Below, piece by piece: positions 12,903 through 25,314 of a stretch of 64,000 nucleotides of DNA. Source of the DNA: Glaucostegus cemiculus (lineage: Eukaryota); the NCBI GenBank assembly GCA_976551045.1, contig CDPCPM010000026.1, forward strand, positions 21,390,001 through 21,454,000. The letters are read 5' to 3'. The position numbers and the translations under genes were made by a program. Position 1 is the stretch's first letter; each line of letters opens with the position of its first letter. The notes under the pieces are model-generated. The model searched no databases and had not been told where the DNA came from. It worked only from the letters and a program-made list of their open reading frames with translations.

Positions 12903-13029
12903 CAAGTAATTTTGCAGTGTCGTCTGTATTGGAGCTTGTTGCTGTCTGCAAGACCACATGGCTTTCTCTCTCTGGAACATTTGCAGGAAGAAACATGGTG
13001 CTCGGCATCATCATCTCTGGAGTAGTTAC
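12903..13029 (-). CDS. zfhx3: zfhx3 127-nt coding exon (human exon 8 equivalent), missed by the ORF track in this frame
   Basis: tttctacacag|GTA ACT ACT CCA GAG ATG...AAA TTA CTT G|gtatgt encodes VTTPEMMMPSTMFLPANVPERESHVVLQTATSSNTDDTAKLL. It is phase 0 to phase 1, joins the flanking exons in frame, and resembles human [21 protein letters not shown]. Confidence 0.93.
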
Positions 13030-13229
13030 CTGTGTAGAAACATTTCAGTGATTAGGAAGAAGCATCTCATTCATGAAACAGCACATTGTGGGTTCAGCAT
13101 GTAACACTATATGAAATAATGTGCTAGGAGCACTTTTTTTAGTGTCAGAAAGAGATAAGAACACACAAGGAGATATTTAACTGATGGATGGCACATATCC
13201 TGTTGACATAAAATTCATACTGGCATTAC

Positions 13230-13440
13230 TGATAACATTTCTTATTTGTTAATAGGATGTGGATGGCAAGGCCAATGTGCACTGCCCATTACTGATTACT
13301 TCATGAATAAAGTGGTGTGCTAGGCCTTTACATAAGTGATCAGGATTCAACCACATTGCTGTGTGGCTGGACTTGCCTCTGGATCAATTATCCTGGCCTC
13401 TGTTTTCTTGTTCAGTAACATAAACTGCAATGCTACCCTA
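13230..13440 (-). mobile_element. Old degenerate SINE or LINE-tail remnant
   Basis: Resembles in reverse the LINE tail at ~32040-32140 (tgcccat..aagtggtg) and the SINE head at ~32230 (ctctgga..cagtaacat..gctacc). Very diverged. Confidence 0.35.
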
Positions 13441-14074
13441 TTTATTTATCAAATGCTCACTCTTTTGAATTGGATGTGGTCTCTTTTACAGCCCTTTCCA
13501 AGATCCCAAAGAACACTACTTCCCTCTTTTTTCTTTCTTGAATTTAAAGGCCTGTAGAATTATAACTTGTAACCCTCATCATTTCTTTTTTTCAATTTTT
13601 GTTGCAACTTTTATTTGGCCTTACACAAGTTTTTAAGTAATCTTTTTTAATGTTTGATCAATGTCTTGTTGGCTTATGTGGTTAAGGATTTGTTAAGTTG
13701 GTAAATTCTGGTTAAAGGGAGTATCTTGAAGGTGTTAGTATATTAAGGTCCATTGGCATAGTTTTGTTCTCCATCTATAATAGAACACATACAGAACTAT
13801 TAAAACAAAATCAATTGAACTAGGTATCTGTTCTGAAATTATTCTCCCCTATAGGTACGTTATCTGCACTGAACCCTGAACAGATAGTTTTCATGACTCA
13901 TCTGTTTCCTTAAACTTGCTAATGGAGGTATACTATCTTCACCAACATATACTACCATCCGTGGGTCTGGGTATTCTGATCTGCCCAATCATTATTATGC
14001 CTTATTAACCAAAGAAAACAGTGGGCAGCCTCATCATTAATCAATGAAGTCTACAGCAGATAGACTTGAAGTTT

Positions 14075-14521
14075 CCTGAGAGATTGAGTTGCCTGGGCCT
14101 GTACTCACTGGAGTTCAGAAAAATGAGAGCGGATCTTATAGAAGCATATAAAATTATGAAAGGGATAGATAAGATAAAGGCAGGAAGGTTGTTTCCACTG
14201 GTAGATGAGAGTAGAACTAGGGGACATAGCCTCAAGATTCGAGGGAATAGATTTAGGACGGAGATGAGGAGAAACTGCTTTTCCCAGAGAGTAGTGAATC
14301 TGTGGAATTCTCTGTCCAGGGAAGCAGTAGTGGCTACCTCATTAAATATATTTAAGACAGTTAGACAGATTTTTGCATAGTTGAGGAATTAAGGGTTATG
14401 GGGAAAAGGCAGGTAGGTAGATCTGAATCCATAGCCAGATGAGCCATGATCTTATTGAATGGTGGAGCTGGCTCGACGGGCCAGATGGCCTACTCCTGCT
14501 CCTATTTCTTATGTTCTTATG
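14075..14521 (+). mobile_element. CR1 LINE, 5'-truncated 3' end
   Basis: ERLSCLGLYSLEFRKMRADLIEAYKIMKGIDKI...RTRGHSLKI...FSQRVVNLWNSL is the typical CR1 ORF2 C-terminus. Ends in a (ttcttatg)2 microsatellite tail. Confidence 0.92.
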
Positions 14522-16349
14522 AAACTAGCAGCCACAAGCATATGTTTGTCAACAACTTCAGTCGCAAAAACACCTTTCACTCACATGTAATAATAAAACA
14601 TTGGGACCAAGGGTACTGGCATTTGATGATTATTGGTAATTAAAACCTGAGCAGATCTAAATTGCTCACGTAAAGTGCATATTGATTATTTTCAGTCAAA
14701 TATCACAAACACATATAATTGAACAAATGTTTTGGCAACAATAATGGATGGACCTATTAACTCAGAATTTTTTTTGTGTTTGGTTAGCAGACCATTATCC
14801 TAGCAATGATAATTAAGAATGGAATCATCAGGTTTGAGAAAAAACCTCTTCAAGTTTATGATAATAAAGCACCAGTTTTGGCATACAAAAGTCATTAACC
14901 CCACAAATTGGTAAACATAACTTTTCTGGGTTAAATGGATGAGTAAGATGGCCTCACTAGCAGCAACCACTTACTGACTTGTTGAATAATAATTATTTTT
15001 CAAAATTCATTTTTGTTAGTGAAGTCTGATTTGAAAAATAATTTTGGAAATTCGGATGTAGTATTGAAATTAAAAGGTAAGCTTTAGTTGTCACAATGCA
15101 ACAAATGACTTCTGTACTTCAAAGGTGAAAACCAATCATGTGTGAATGACAGCAAGAATAGACAAAAATTCATCAACTCTGTTATTACACAGAACCTATT
15201 TAATCATAATCAGTGATTAAGTTTAGAGAGAGCAGTGTGGCTGCACAGAGCTTGCCATCACTTTCGTTCAATTAATTGTTGAAAAATAATAATCAAGTTC
15301 TCTTGCTACTCTGCATTTTAATCAGAGGGCACATTTTACAGTCATTAACCCCTTTTGCAAAGGAATATCTAATAAGTGGACAGTCTTTTGTTGACAAAGA
15401 ATCAGATGCTCAATTCAGAGGTTTAAAATGAGGAAATCGAAAGCTAGATACTGAAACACAAACAATGAATTGTGTCATTACTTTGTACAATTTTTTGCTT
15501 TCACAGTAATTACATGTAGTAGGGGTGTTTATACTATTGGAGAGATGTTTCATTTTAAGAAAACCTGGATTAACAACTATAAACTGCTGGGATCAATGGG
15601 AGTGAATGAATTGCACCCCCAGGGGAATGGCAGTGGTCCAATGAGAGCTGCAATGATTGCCTTCTCTGAAGATGTCAACACATCAGCTCCTTTGCCACCT
15701 GTCAACCAAGACCATCCAGTCATCTTTTATTTGGTTGATGTGGAAGTAGGGTGATGCTGAATTTTATATTCAGCGGGTTAAGCCAGATATTTGCAGCAAG
15801 CATAATAGAGCTTATCACTGTGTTGCCCTCTTTGTACTTGTGAATTGTGCTTTGAATTGCTGAATGTCTCATTGCCTGTTGTGGATGACTACAGTATTAT
15901 GTTGTAAAGTTTTCATTTTCCTTTGTACATCAGGTATCTGCATCTGACTTGGTTTGTGAGGATGTTCTTCATGGTTGTTATGAGGCTTGGTGGAAGATAA
16001 AAGCAGGTATCTTTTGCAAGGTGTTTGTGGCTTCTTATAAACGTGATTTGGCTTTTTAGGCTTCAGGATTGGAATCACACTGTCAGGAATTAAAGATGTG
16101 AGTTCAAAGCAGCTTGTGTGGGTCCAAATTGTGTTGATGCCCTGGTGAACAGGGAGACATTTCTTCCCTTTTGGAATTCCTGAAGAACTGTGATATTGTA
16201 CCGAGTAGATGAGGAAGTGAATAGAGCAGGCAACCAGAATATTTACATTGACTTGGGAGCTCAATATTTAGTTGGATATTAAAAATGGAATATGGCTACT
16301 TCTAGTCCAGACCAGTGCTTAACTGCTGAGTACACAAGGGGTATCACTA

Positions 16350-16900
16350 ATATCTGAAACTCAGATACTGATGGTCTTCAGTTTGTGCTTGCCAGTTTTT
16401 GGACCAGGTTGGCCCTTATCGTTTGTCTTGGCACCTGTAGATGTTTGTGGAAGGTCAGTATGCTGCCAGAGCTCACTCTGATCTCTTGGTGTTGGCACTT
16501 TCAACAGTGTTGCCATTCTCTTCTCATCAAGGCGAATTACAATAACTGTAGTTTTGTTGGGGTTTAAATTGAGTTGCTGTTCCTGGAAGTGTTGTTCCAT
16601 GATGCTTAGGTCTCCTTCGAGGCACACTTGTTGCCACTGCAAGGGGCTGCTTATTTCACTAGGGAAAGATTATCCACAATTGTAAATGTGTAGCTTCATG
16701 TGTGGCCTGGTGTTCATGTGGATAGTGAAGATTATAGTGTGAGTACTAAGCTTTATGGTAGAGGAATCAAGGAGAACTGCTGGTGCATACCTTCCACTTG
16801 CTGATACACACTTTTCTGATCTATCAACACTGATCACTCCCCATTGATTGGTGGTCGTAGCCTTCATCACCTTACCTTGCAAACTAATGACTAAAATTGC
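16350..16900 (-). mobile_element. Highly decayed LINE reverse-transcriptase remnant, I-group (Ingi/Vingi-like)
   Basis: Motif remnants appear in order on the minus strand: LP*SLVLT..FTIHMN (LPQGSVLAP.LFNIY), TFTIVDNL (F.YADDL), and LEGDLSIMEQHFQEQQLNLNPNKTTVIVIRLDEKRMATLLKV (thumb region). Confidence 0.55.
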
Positions 16901-17334
16901 TATTGGCATATCACACAGGGATGGATAACTAGTTTATCTGGGTGCTGGTGAATCTCCAAGTCTTCATACCTTCCATCACAGGCGATCAGACTTGGTCTGC
17001 CTAATGTTTGTTTAATTCTCTAACCTAGATCTCCAGTGTCGATGGTAGAACTCTACTTAGACCAGGTATCAGACAAAGGATATTCCTAACTGTTGGGCAC
17101 TTCCAAATATCCATCGCAAAATTTGACTCCTAATCATAGCATTGCATTTCAGAGGTCAGGCAGAAGTTACAGTGCAGTCATGGAGCCAGGTGACTGGTGC
17201 CAAAAACCTTGTCAAACTGAATCAGTCGTGATCAGGGGAGAAATTCTTCAGTGGATAGTGTGATACAAGGCTGGTTATAGTTGTTGGAGCCTAATTATCT
17301 TGGCAGTGGGCCATCACTGCAAGAGTTCTTGAAA

Positions 17335-17517
17335 ACATAAGAGAGATTACAGATGCTGGAAATCTGGAGCAACACACAAAATGCAGGAGTAACTCAGCGG
17401 GTCAGGCAGCATCTATGGAGGGAAAGGGACAGTTGACATTTCAGGCTGAGACTCTTCCTCAGGACTCAGATGCTGCCTCAGAACCCGCTGAGTTCCTCCA
17501 GCATTTTGTGTTGTGCT
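17335..17517. mobile_element. Fold-back Penelope-derived mini-element with 15-bp target-site duplication
   Basis: Arms gagcaacacacaaaatgc..actcagcgggtcaggcagcatct and agatgctgcc..acccgctgagttcctccagcattttgtgttgtgctc are inverted copies of the pLTR at 51380-51450. CAAGAGTTCTTGAAA is duplicated at 17320-17334 and 17518-17532. Confidence 0.85.
17431..17466 (-). ncRNA. Minimal (Penelope-type) hammerhead ribozyme remnant
   Basis: The minus strand reads AGTC CTGAGGA A GAGT-CTCA-GCCT GAAA TGTC AACT. The CUGANGA box, GAAA box and GUC triplet are present, but helices I and II each carry a mismatch. Confidence 0.55.
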
Positions 17518-20500
17518 CAAGAGTTCTTGAAAGCCGCATCTTGGGCTCAAACATCTTTAGCTGCTTTATCGATTCCCTTTAGGTCAAAAGTGAGGCTCTT
17601 GGCTGATAATTACAATCTTCATTCTTCAGATACTGAAATAAAAATGCCTGCTTCATCAAAGCTGGCCAGAATTCAGGTCTGGGGTTCACAAGTACTAGGC
17701 AATGACCATCTTTCACAAGGGAGTACCTAACAAGTTCCTCTTGACTTTAAGCAGTAACAACATTATGATTGTCACCTATATCTCTGGCGCAAGCACCCAT
17801 CCACCTGAGCACTAACAGTAGTGTAATTGCAGTGTGTATAATTTATTGGTTACTTTGCAGCAACTTAACAAATTTTCTTTGACAGCATCTCCTAAATCAA
17901 AGATCTCTGTTTCCAGAAAATAGATAAAAAGGATCAGATACATGGCATCAATATCAGATTCAAGTATTTCCCCTAAGTCATATGCCATCTTGATACTGAA
18001 ATATATCTTTTGCCACTGCTGGGTCAAATTATAAAAACACCATTGAGTACCTTTAATACATGTAGGTGAGGAATCTCAAAAGACAACCCAGCAATCCCTT
18101 TCATGGCAAAGAAAAGCCATTTTACTGGTAATATTCTCATCTCAAGAACAATTTAATAAAAATCTTTGATTTGAAGAATTCAAAAGCAGTGGGAAAGAGA
18201 ATATTTTTATAGGGGTTGGGATTTTTTTTTAAACTTTGGTAACATTCCCCGCTTGTCATTCCACTTGGGTTGGCAGTTTGTAGTGAATAGCTCACAGTCT
18301 GGTTGGAAATAACAGGTCTTGTGTTCTCATACTATCCATTTGATAATGTGTAGTGGATGAAGCTCACTGCTAGTTACACTCATTATGCTAGATAGAAGAT
18401 TCATACCTCTTACCCAATATCAATTCAAATTTAGAAATGAATCCTGTAAAATGTTAAATTTATTTAACTTGTACTCAATGCTACCTTATGTTAGCTATTT
18501 TTTTACTGTATACTGTATAGTAAAACAAAACATATTACAGAGTCTCCTGACCTAATCTTAAAAGCTATTATTACTCCAACGTCTGAAAGAATTTTATCGG
18601 AAAGCACTGCAACTTTGCAAGAACTTTGTAGTATTCTTTTGAACTACAATTTAGGTTGGCCAACTAAACATAGGAAGCTTCTTGTAAATCAGTTCCTAGC
18701 AGGTTTATGTGCACTACTGGACCTAATGATCAATTAAATGATAAATAAAACAAACCCACACTGCAAATTCCACAGTTGGCTTGTAGTACATAGGATATTT
18801 ATTCTTGAGAAAGGTTTGGACTGGAAGAGGTTAAACATTTTTCCCCAAAGAATTGTTCCCACATTCATTTCCAATTTGAAGTTGATTTACTTAAAAAAAA
18901 ATTGCTTCTTTAGCTAACAGATGGCAACTACCAGAGAAATCCCGAGGTCACTTTTAATTTAGACAATTTAATTGGCAAACATAGTTCAAAATGGCTGTCA
19001 TCTCACAGGATTCCTGCTTAATGAAGCATGACCATCTTCATTACCTGCATTTGAACCAGACAGACAAAAGAACACCTTTTTGCTTAGTTCAGAAGGAAAT
19101 GGCATTCCTTCTTTAGATCTAAAATATCTAAAATATTTTCTTCCTATGGACAGCTTGTAACAAAGAGATTAATGGTTCATTAACAGGCATATATTTTGCC
19201 TGCAAAAGCTACATTGTGACTGAGAAACTTAAAACTGACTGGTGGTTAAACCCTTCCTTCACTAAGCCTCTCCTTATTTTGGTGAAACACTGCCATTATA
19301 TTTTTGTATTTGATATTCAAACATAGCTGGAACTCAAGTGAATTCTAAATGTTTTACCAAATTAATTTATCATTCTAAGCAAGTTGGTACTCTATACTGC
19401 TCCTATTAAAGGGGGAAAGGACTGCAAAGAGAACACTGCTTATGTTATCTGTGTGCTTTTTAGGTAAACTCAGATAAAGTGTGGTTATGTTCCATATGAA
19501 ATGTTCATCAGAGAAAATAATTTACTGCAGATCTACCATTCTTTTGTGGAAGTACTTACACAAATTCAAGGCAGAGATATCAGTGCTGTTGACCCACATT
19601 TATTTAATTTGCAAAAGTGATTAAAATTTAATAATCTAACAAGATTTGTTGCCCAATTGTTAGTTTATTGATCCTACTATGACACCATATTATTCTGTCA
19701 AAATCCTAGAAAATGTCACAGCTGAACTTCACACAAGTGTAATGGATTGTGAGGTACACCATCAACAACTGACTCCACTCTACAGGGACTAACTCATCTT
19801 TCTCATGGGTTGCCATTATTGCTGAACTATTTTCCATTATTGCTATAGCACGATGGCTTCATGATAAAACATGATACAAAACTGCCGAAAATTTCAAATA
19901 AACCAACAGTAATTATCTTTGAACTCAGTTACATATGACAAACGGTATTTTTCAGCTACCTGTGGTATTTCTAATATATCACATTATTGCTTATTTTATT
20001 CAGCAATACTGCTGCCAATCCTGTGTCAGAGGCTTCCTATGTAGCTGGCAGCCAGACCAAATAAACTTGGCAGATTCATTTGAAAATTGTTTGAGATGAT
20101 CTAAACTCACTATGTTTGTCTGGCTGTTTGCATCAATCTCACGTGCTGACCGTAGAGGCCAGTAGCACAGCAGTTCAAAAGATTGAAGTGAAGCATTCTA
20201 AAATTTAATAAGTAGGAAATAAACTTTGATTTGTATTTAAATATTGTAGCATTTTGCATTACAGAACCTGGTCAATACATTAGTGAATCCTTTTAAATGC
20301 TACTGATTGCATAGGCATTATGGTATTGCATTGAAATATGTATGCACTCTTTGAAGACATACTTCAGTCTCAAAGTGTGCATATTTGTGTTTCAGGTGTA
20401 AAACAACATATGATGATGTATTAGTTACTCAGCAAAAATGTTCTCTAGAAGATTGAAATGCACAATATACAAACAACTTCATGAGTTGCAGTATTAGGAG

Positions 20501-21169
20501 AATCTCAATCATCAGGAGTAAATTAGCATACATGAACCATGCGTATTATAATGAGAGGACTGTTCTCTTCATTATTAATTCTTGTCCCCCTTTTTAGTAT
20601 ATATTCTGAAAATGTCTACAATGCAGAATCTTCAGAAGCAGTACAAGAAGAAATAATCTCCCAGAAGGTTTCTATTATTCTCTTAATAAACCGAAACATG
20701 CTAACCATGTCATATTTAATGGTGTGGTTCAGAGATGTTATTTGAGGCTGTTGAGGGCTCACAGGCAGGCATATGGATTAAGTGTACTGCATACTTTCAT
20801 TAAAAGGAGTTGCCGAAGACTCTAGTAATGCTGGGAGCTTGCAGCATAAGCAAGAAACAGTAACCATGACGACAACCACATTAGAAGCTCTTGAACACTG
20901 ACTGCCAAATCAGCAGCTAAGGTACATTCTCCTCTACTTGACAAATACAATGCTGCATTAATCGGTAATGATGAAACCTATGTTCTGAATTAAGCAGAAA
21001 CTTGATGTGCTTCATAATAGCAGGGATTCCCTTTTACGAGTATGGGATCCTTTAATGGATTTATTAAGCTTTTCTTTATAAGGCCAAACTACATGTTACA
21101 CATGGCAACACCTTTTAAACTTCATAATGCCACACTAACCAATGATTCAATTTCCTTCAGATGCATAAA

Positions 21170-21945
21170 CAAGATAGAGAGTAAAATACAGCAGAAAAAA
21201 TAAATATGACAGATGCCAGGTTGCTAACACAAGTGTAAAGCAAATTATAGAAAGTTCAGAGGAGAAGTAAAAAAGGAAATAAGAGAGACAGAGAACATGA
21301 GAAGAGATTGGAAACAATTATAATGTGAAATTCAAGGATATGCTAAAGGCTTACGAACATAAAAAAGGTGGTCAGAGGAGAGGTGGGGTTGATCAGAAAC
21401 CAATTAGGAAAATAAGTTCTTGATGAATTAACATATATGGTTGATGAAGAAAATGTAGTTGATGCGGTATATACAGACTTCCAAATTATTTTTGATAAGG
21501 TACCACATAATAGGCTTGTTATCAAGGTTCAAGGGCATATGATAAAAGTAGTATGGATAGAAAATCAACTAATGAACAGGAAACACAAGAGTAGCATTGA
21601 AAATTGTTTTTTTTTGGATTTAAGGAAAGCGTGAAGTTAATTCTCCTAGAGGTCAGGACTACGACCACTACTTTCTTAATATGTATTAATAAACTGAAAC
21701 AGCTGTAAAAGGCACAATTTCCATATCTGCATATGATACACAGCTTGGAGGAATTGTGAACCGTAAAGAGATTATAAAAACTTCGAGGAGAAGCTGGTGA
21801 ATGGACAGATAGGGATGAAATTTAATGCTGAGAAACATGAAGTGTTTCATTTTATAAGGTAGAATGAGAAGAGGCAATATAAGCTTGAGGGCACAATTCT
21901 AATTGGGTGCAAGAATAAAGAGATTTTGGAGTACATATACTGTAA
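21170..21945 (+). mobile_element. Degenerate CR1 ORF2 (RT) fragment
   Basis: VDEENVVDAVYTDFQIIFDKVPHNRLVIK (CR1 RT motif D..YLDF.KAFDKVPH), followed by decayed DTQLGG and MKFNAEK motifs with many stops. Confidence 0.85.
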
Positions 21946-21954
21946 TACAGTTTG

Positions 21955-23000
21955 TTGAATGCAGTCAATGTAGTGTGCATGGACTTCCATAAGGCTTTTG
22001 ATATGATGCCAAACAATTGATTTATCAACAAAATTGAAGCACGTGGTATAAAAGGGACATTGATAGCATAGATATAAAGTTGGCTAAGTAACAGACAATA
22101 GAGGTCATGGTGAATGGTGGTTTATTAGACTGAGGAAGGTGAATCGTAGCATTCCCCACAGATCAGTGTTAGAGCCAGTATTTCTTTAAACCTAGATTAG
22201 TGATCTAGATTTGAGAGTGCAAGTCACTATTTCTAAATTTGCAAATGACACAAAACTTGGCAGTATTGTAAACTACAAAGTTGATGATGATTGCAGCAGG
22301 ATTTGGATAGACACAAGGCAGATGACTTAATGCAGAGAAATATGAGTTGTTTCATTTTGATAGGAATTTTGAGAAGAGGCAATAGAGAATAAAGGATACT
22401 GTTCTAAAAAGTTTGCAGGAGCAGAGATATCTCGATATGTGTGCATAAATCAATGAAAGTGGTGGGGCAGGTTGAGAAAGCAGTTAATAAGCCACACATC
22501 ATTTTGGGCTTTATAAATAAAGGCATTGTGTATGAATGCAGGGAAGTTGTGCTGAATCTTTAGGAAATACTGGTCTGGCATCAACTGGATTATGATTTTT
22601 AATTCTGATCGCTGTATTATAGAATGATGTCATTACAAAAGTTTCGGAAAAGATATATGAGAATGGTTCCTGGGATGAGTGACTACAGTTACAAAAATAG
22701 ATTAGAGAGGCTTAGTGTACTCTTTGAAGTAGGGAAGGCTTGAGGAGATATTTGATAGAAGTATATAAAACAATGAGGAATTGGGGCTGATTGGATAGTG
22801 GGAAGCTGTTCCCTATGATGGAGGGATCAAGGAGCAGAGGTCACATAAAGAATGACACAAGAGATTTTTTTTAATGTGCACATGGTTGGAATTGGGATGC
22901 ATTGCCTGCAGATATGGTGAAGGCAAGTTCCATATTGGCCTTCAAGAGGGAATTGCATAAATACATGGTGGAGAAAATTTTACAAGGCTTTAAAGAAAGA
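21955..23000 (+). mobile_element. Second degenerate CR1 ORF2 fragment; its 3' tail resumes at ~23565-23625
   Basis: AVNVVCMDFHKAFDMMP, SKFANDTKLG and the C-terminal GDI.IEVYK and VGIWDALP remnants. A tail gatgggccaaatggc..tgctgtaaccattctatg follows the antisense insertion. Confidence 0.85.
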
Positions 23001-23002
23001 AC

Positions 23003-23560
23003 ATTATAAAAGGGGTAGGCCACCTGGTCCCTCAAGCTTCCCCCACCATTCAATTTAAACATGCCTGATCTACCTTGGACTTCAACTCCTCATCTGTGCT
23101 AGTTCCTCATAGCCCTGAATTCCCCAGCTACCAAAGATTTATCCATCTTCTCTTTAAATACCATCAATGATCAAGCCTTCACAGCCCTCAAGGTATAGAA
23201 TTCCAGAGTTTCACTACTCTCTGCAAGAAGAAATTCTTACACATCTCAATGTTAAATGGCTATCCCTTATCTTGTAACTATGTCCCATTGTTTAAGATTC
23301 TCCTAATGATGGAAACATCTCAACATATACTGTGTTATTCCCTCTTAGGATCTCACATGTTTCAATAAGACCACTCTCATTCTTCCAAGCTCCAAAGAAT
23401 ACAGATTCAGCTGCTCAGGATAGGACAACTCTCTCATCCCAAGCATTAACCTAGTGAATCTCTTTTGGACTGCTTCCAATACTAGTAATATACTTAATAT
23501 TGGGTCTGAAACTGTGCACAGTGCTCCAGGTGTGGTCTCATCAACACCCTGTACATTTAT
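23003..23560 (-). mobile_element. CR1 3' fragment nested antisense in the previous CR1
   Basis: Reverse complement of the CR1 3' UTR and ORF2 end (gtaggcca..ccattcaat..aattccagag..aagaaatt..aactgtgcacagtgctccaggtgtggtct). Confidence 0.8.
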
Positions 23561-23629
23561 AAAAATGGGCTGGTAGAGGTAGATGGGCCAAATGGCTTAC
23601 TTTCATGCTGTAACCATTCTATGGAAAAA

Positions 23630-23945
23630 GCACTGTTGAGAAAGTGGTTAAAATAAGCACACATGATCATGTGCTGTAAAATAGAGCCACAAAGAGCAAA
23701 AGAGGTAGAATGAACCATTCTGTGTCCAGCTGTAGGTACCTCACTCTAGGAATGATGTAAAAGTTTCGGAGATTTACCAAAATGATTCCAGAATAGTGAA
23801 GGCAGAGTCAACTGTGACTTAACAAAAAAGGGAGAAAAGAATCTGTAGTGCCATGGGAAGAAGGTAGACGATTGGTACTATATAGATTCACCTTAGAGAA
23901 AGCTGGTATGGACTCAATAGGCTGAATGGCTTCCTACACTCATTA
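23630..23945 (+). mobile_element. Very degenerate CR1 3' fragment
   Basis: Remnants gagaaagtggttaaaa..gatttaccaaaatgattccag..ggactcaataggctgaatggcttcct match the CR1 3' portions nearby. Confidence 0.55.
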
Positions 23946-25113
23946 TTTCATCACTTTGCGTTAATTCTTAAACTTCATCACCTAAGATGTCACAATATGA
24001 CTTTATGCCTTTGATGTTTGCCTCAAAAATTACTCAGACTTCTAGATTCTTGCACACAGCCGCCATTAACTGTCTTTTCCATTGTTGCAACAGCACTTTG
24101 CAGATTACTGCACAACAGTTGCACACAGTTACAAATGTAACCCATCATAAACAGTAACTTTTTCACTGTGGCTGTAAAACACTCTTAAAAGAAGTCAGTT
24201 GTGCAAATGCATTTAAAAATTGTTGTTTAATGCTAACTTATTTAGGGTCCAAAGATACAACTATCTAGACTTCCAAACATACAGATCATCTTCAATTGAA
24301 AAATAATATTGCACAAAAGCAAAAGAAAGTAAATAGTAATTAACATTAAATTAATATTTCTTCAATGAAAGGACACAATCAGAGTATGTATTAGTACTCA
24401 TATACTCTTCTACCTACTTTGATATTTTCTTTGAAAAATATTAGAAAAAGTTTAGCCTAGGATAAAAGAAACTATATATAGACTGGAAAATATCAGACTA
24501 CTAAAATTTTGGTGTACATTAGACATTCAATCGTTCTGCTGAAGCTCTGACTTCCTCTATTTACAGCTAATAATCTTAAATCTCTTCATTGCTAAAATGA
24601 AATTGACAGATATGTTTAGACAATCGCAATAATCTGAAATTGTCTCTTCTATTGGCATTTATGAGTGACTCCAGTACTTTGATAATCAAGTTAATCCAGA
24701 GGCGGAACATTCTACTTGAGCCAATGAAATCAAGTCATAAGATAGCCCTATTCAGAGGGCATCTTTCATCCATCTCCTCTTCTCCCTTGAATTGTTCTAA
24801 TTCTACTGTCAAAGTATGAAGTAATAGAGATGTGTACAACTGAAATGTTGTTATTGAATAATGCTGGTGTTGCATTACTTTGTGCTCTTATTGCAGATAA
24901 TGGGAACATCTCATTTCTACTGCAGAAAACAAAAGGCCAAAATGTATTTTGCAGTTTAGATTTCCGCTCTTGCTATTAAAGATTTATGTTTCAAAGATTT
25001 ATCATTTCAACTAACTGTGCTAAACGTTTTGGTGCAGAAATGCAACTCTGCAGGGAAGAGGAAGTTTCAAGTCTCTCATAATTGAGGCCATGTATCATGG
25101 ACTTGGCACTTAC

Positions 25114-25314
25114 CGCCATGATGAGTTTTTCAACACAGTCAGGAGCCACACTGTGCAGGTGAGTCAGGTGTAACTGTAGGTGGATCTTGTTGTTTAGCAT
25201 ATCCTGACAGAGCGGGCAGCGCAGCATGGGCTGCACAGAATGCTGTGATAATACGTGCATTCTGATGCGGTTTACGTCAGTGTTACTGTACTTGCAGTAT
25301 GGACATTGATACAT
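25114..25314 (-). CDS. zfhx3: zfhx3 201-nt coding exon (human exon 7 equivalent), two C2H2 zinc fingers
   Basis: ccatag|ATG TAT CAA TGT...ATC ATG GCG|gtaagt encodes [67 protein letters not shown], phase 0-0. Confidence 0.96.

Larger units (their letters stand above)
17200..18130 (+). mobile_element. Decayed copy of a second CR1/L2-group LINE family, interrupted by a Penelope mini-element
   Basis: Collinear similarity to 31300-32140 (atcaggggagaa..ttgttggag..catcactgcaagag..aaacatcttt..gctgctt..gctgataattaca). The sequence resumes after the insertion. Confidence 0.6.
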
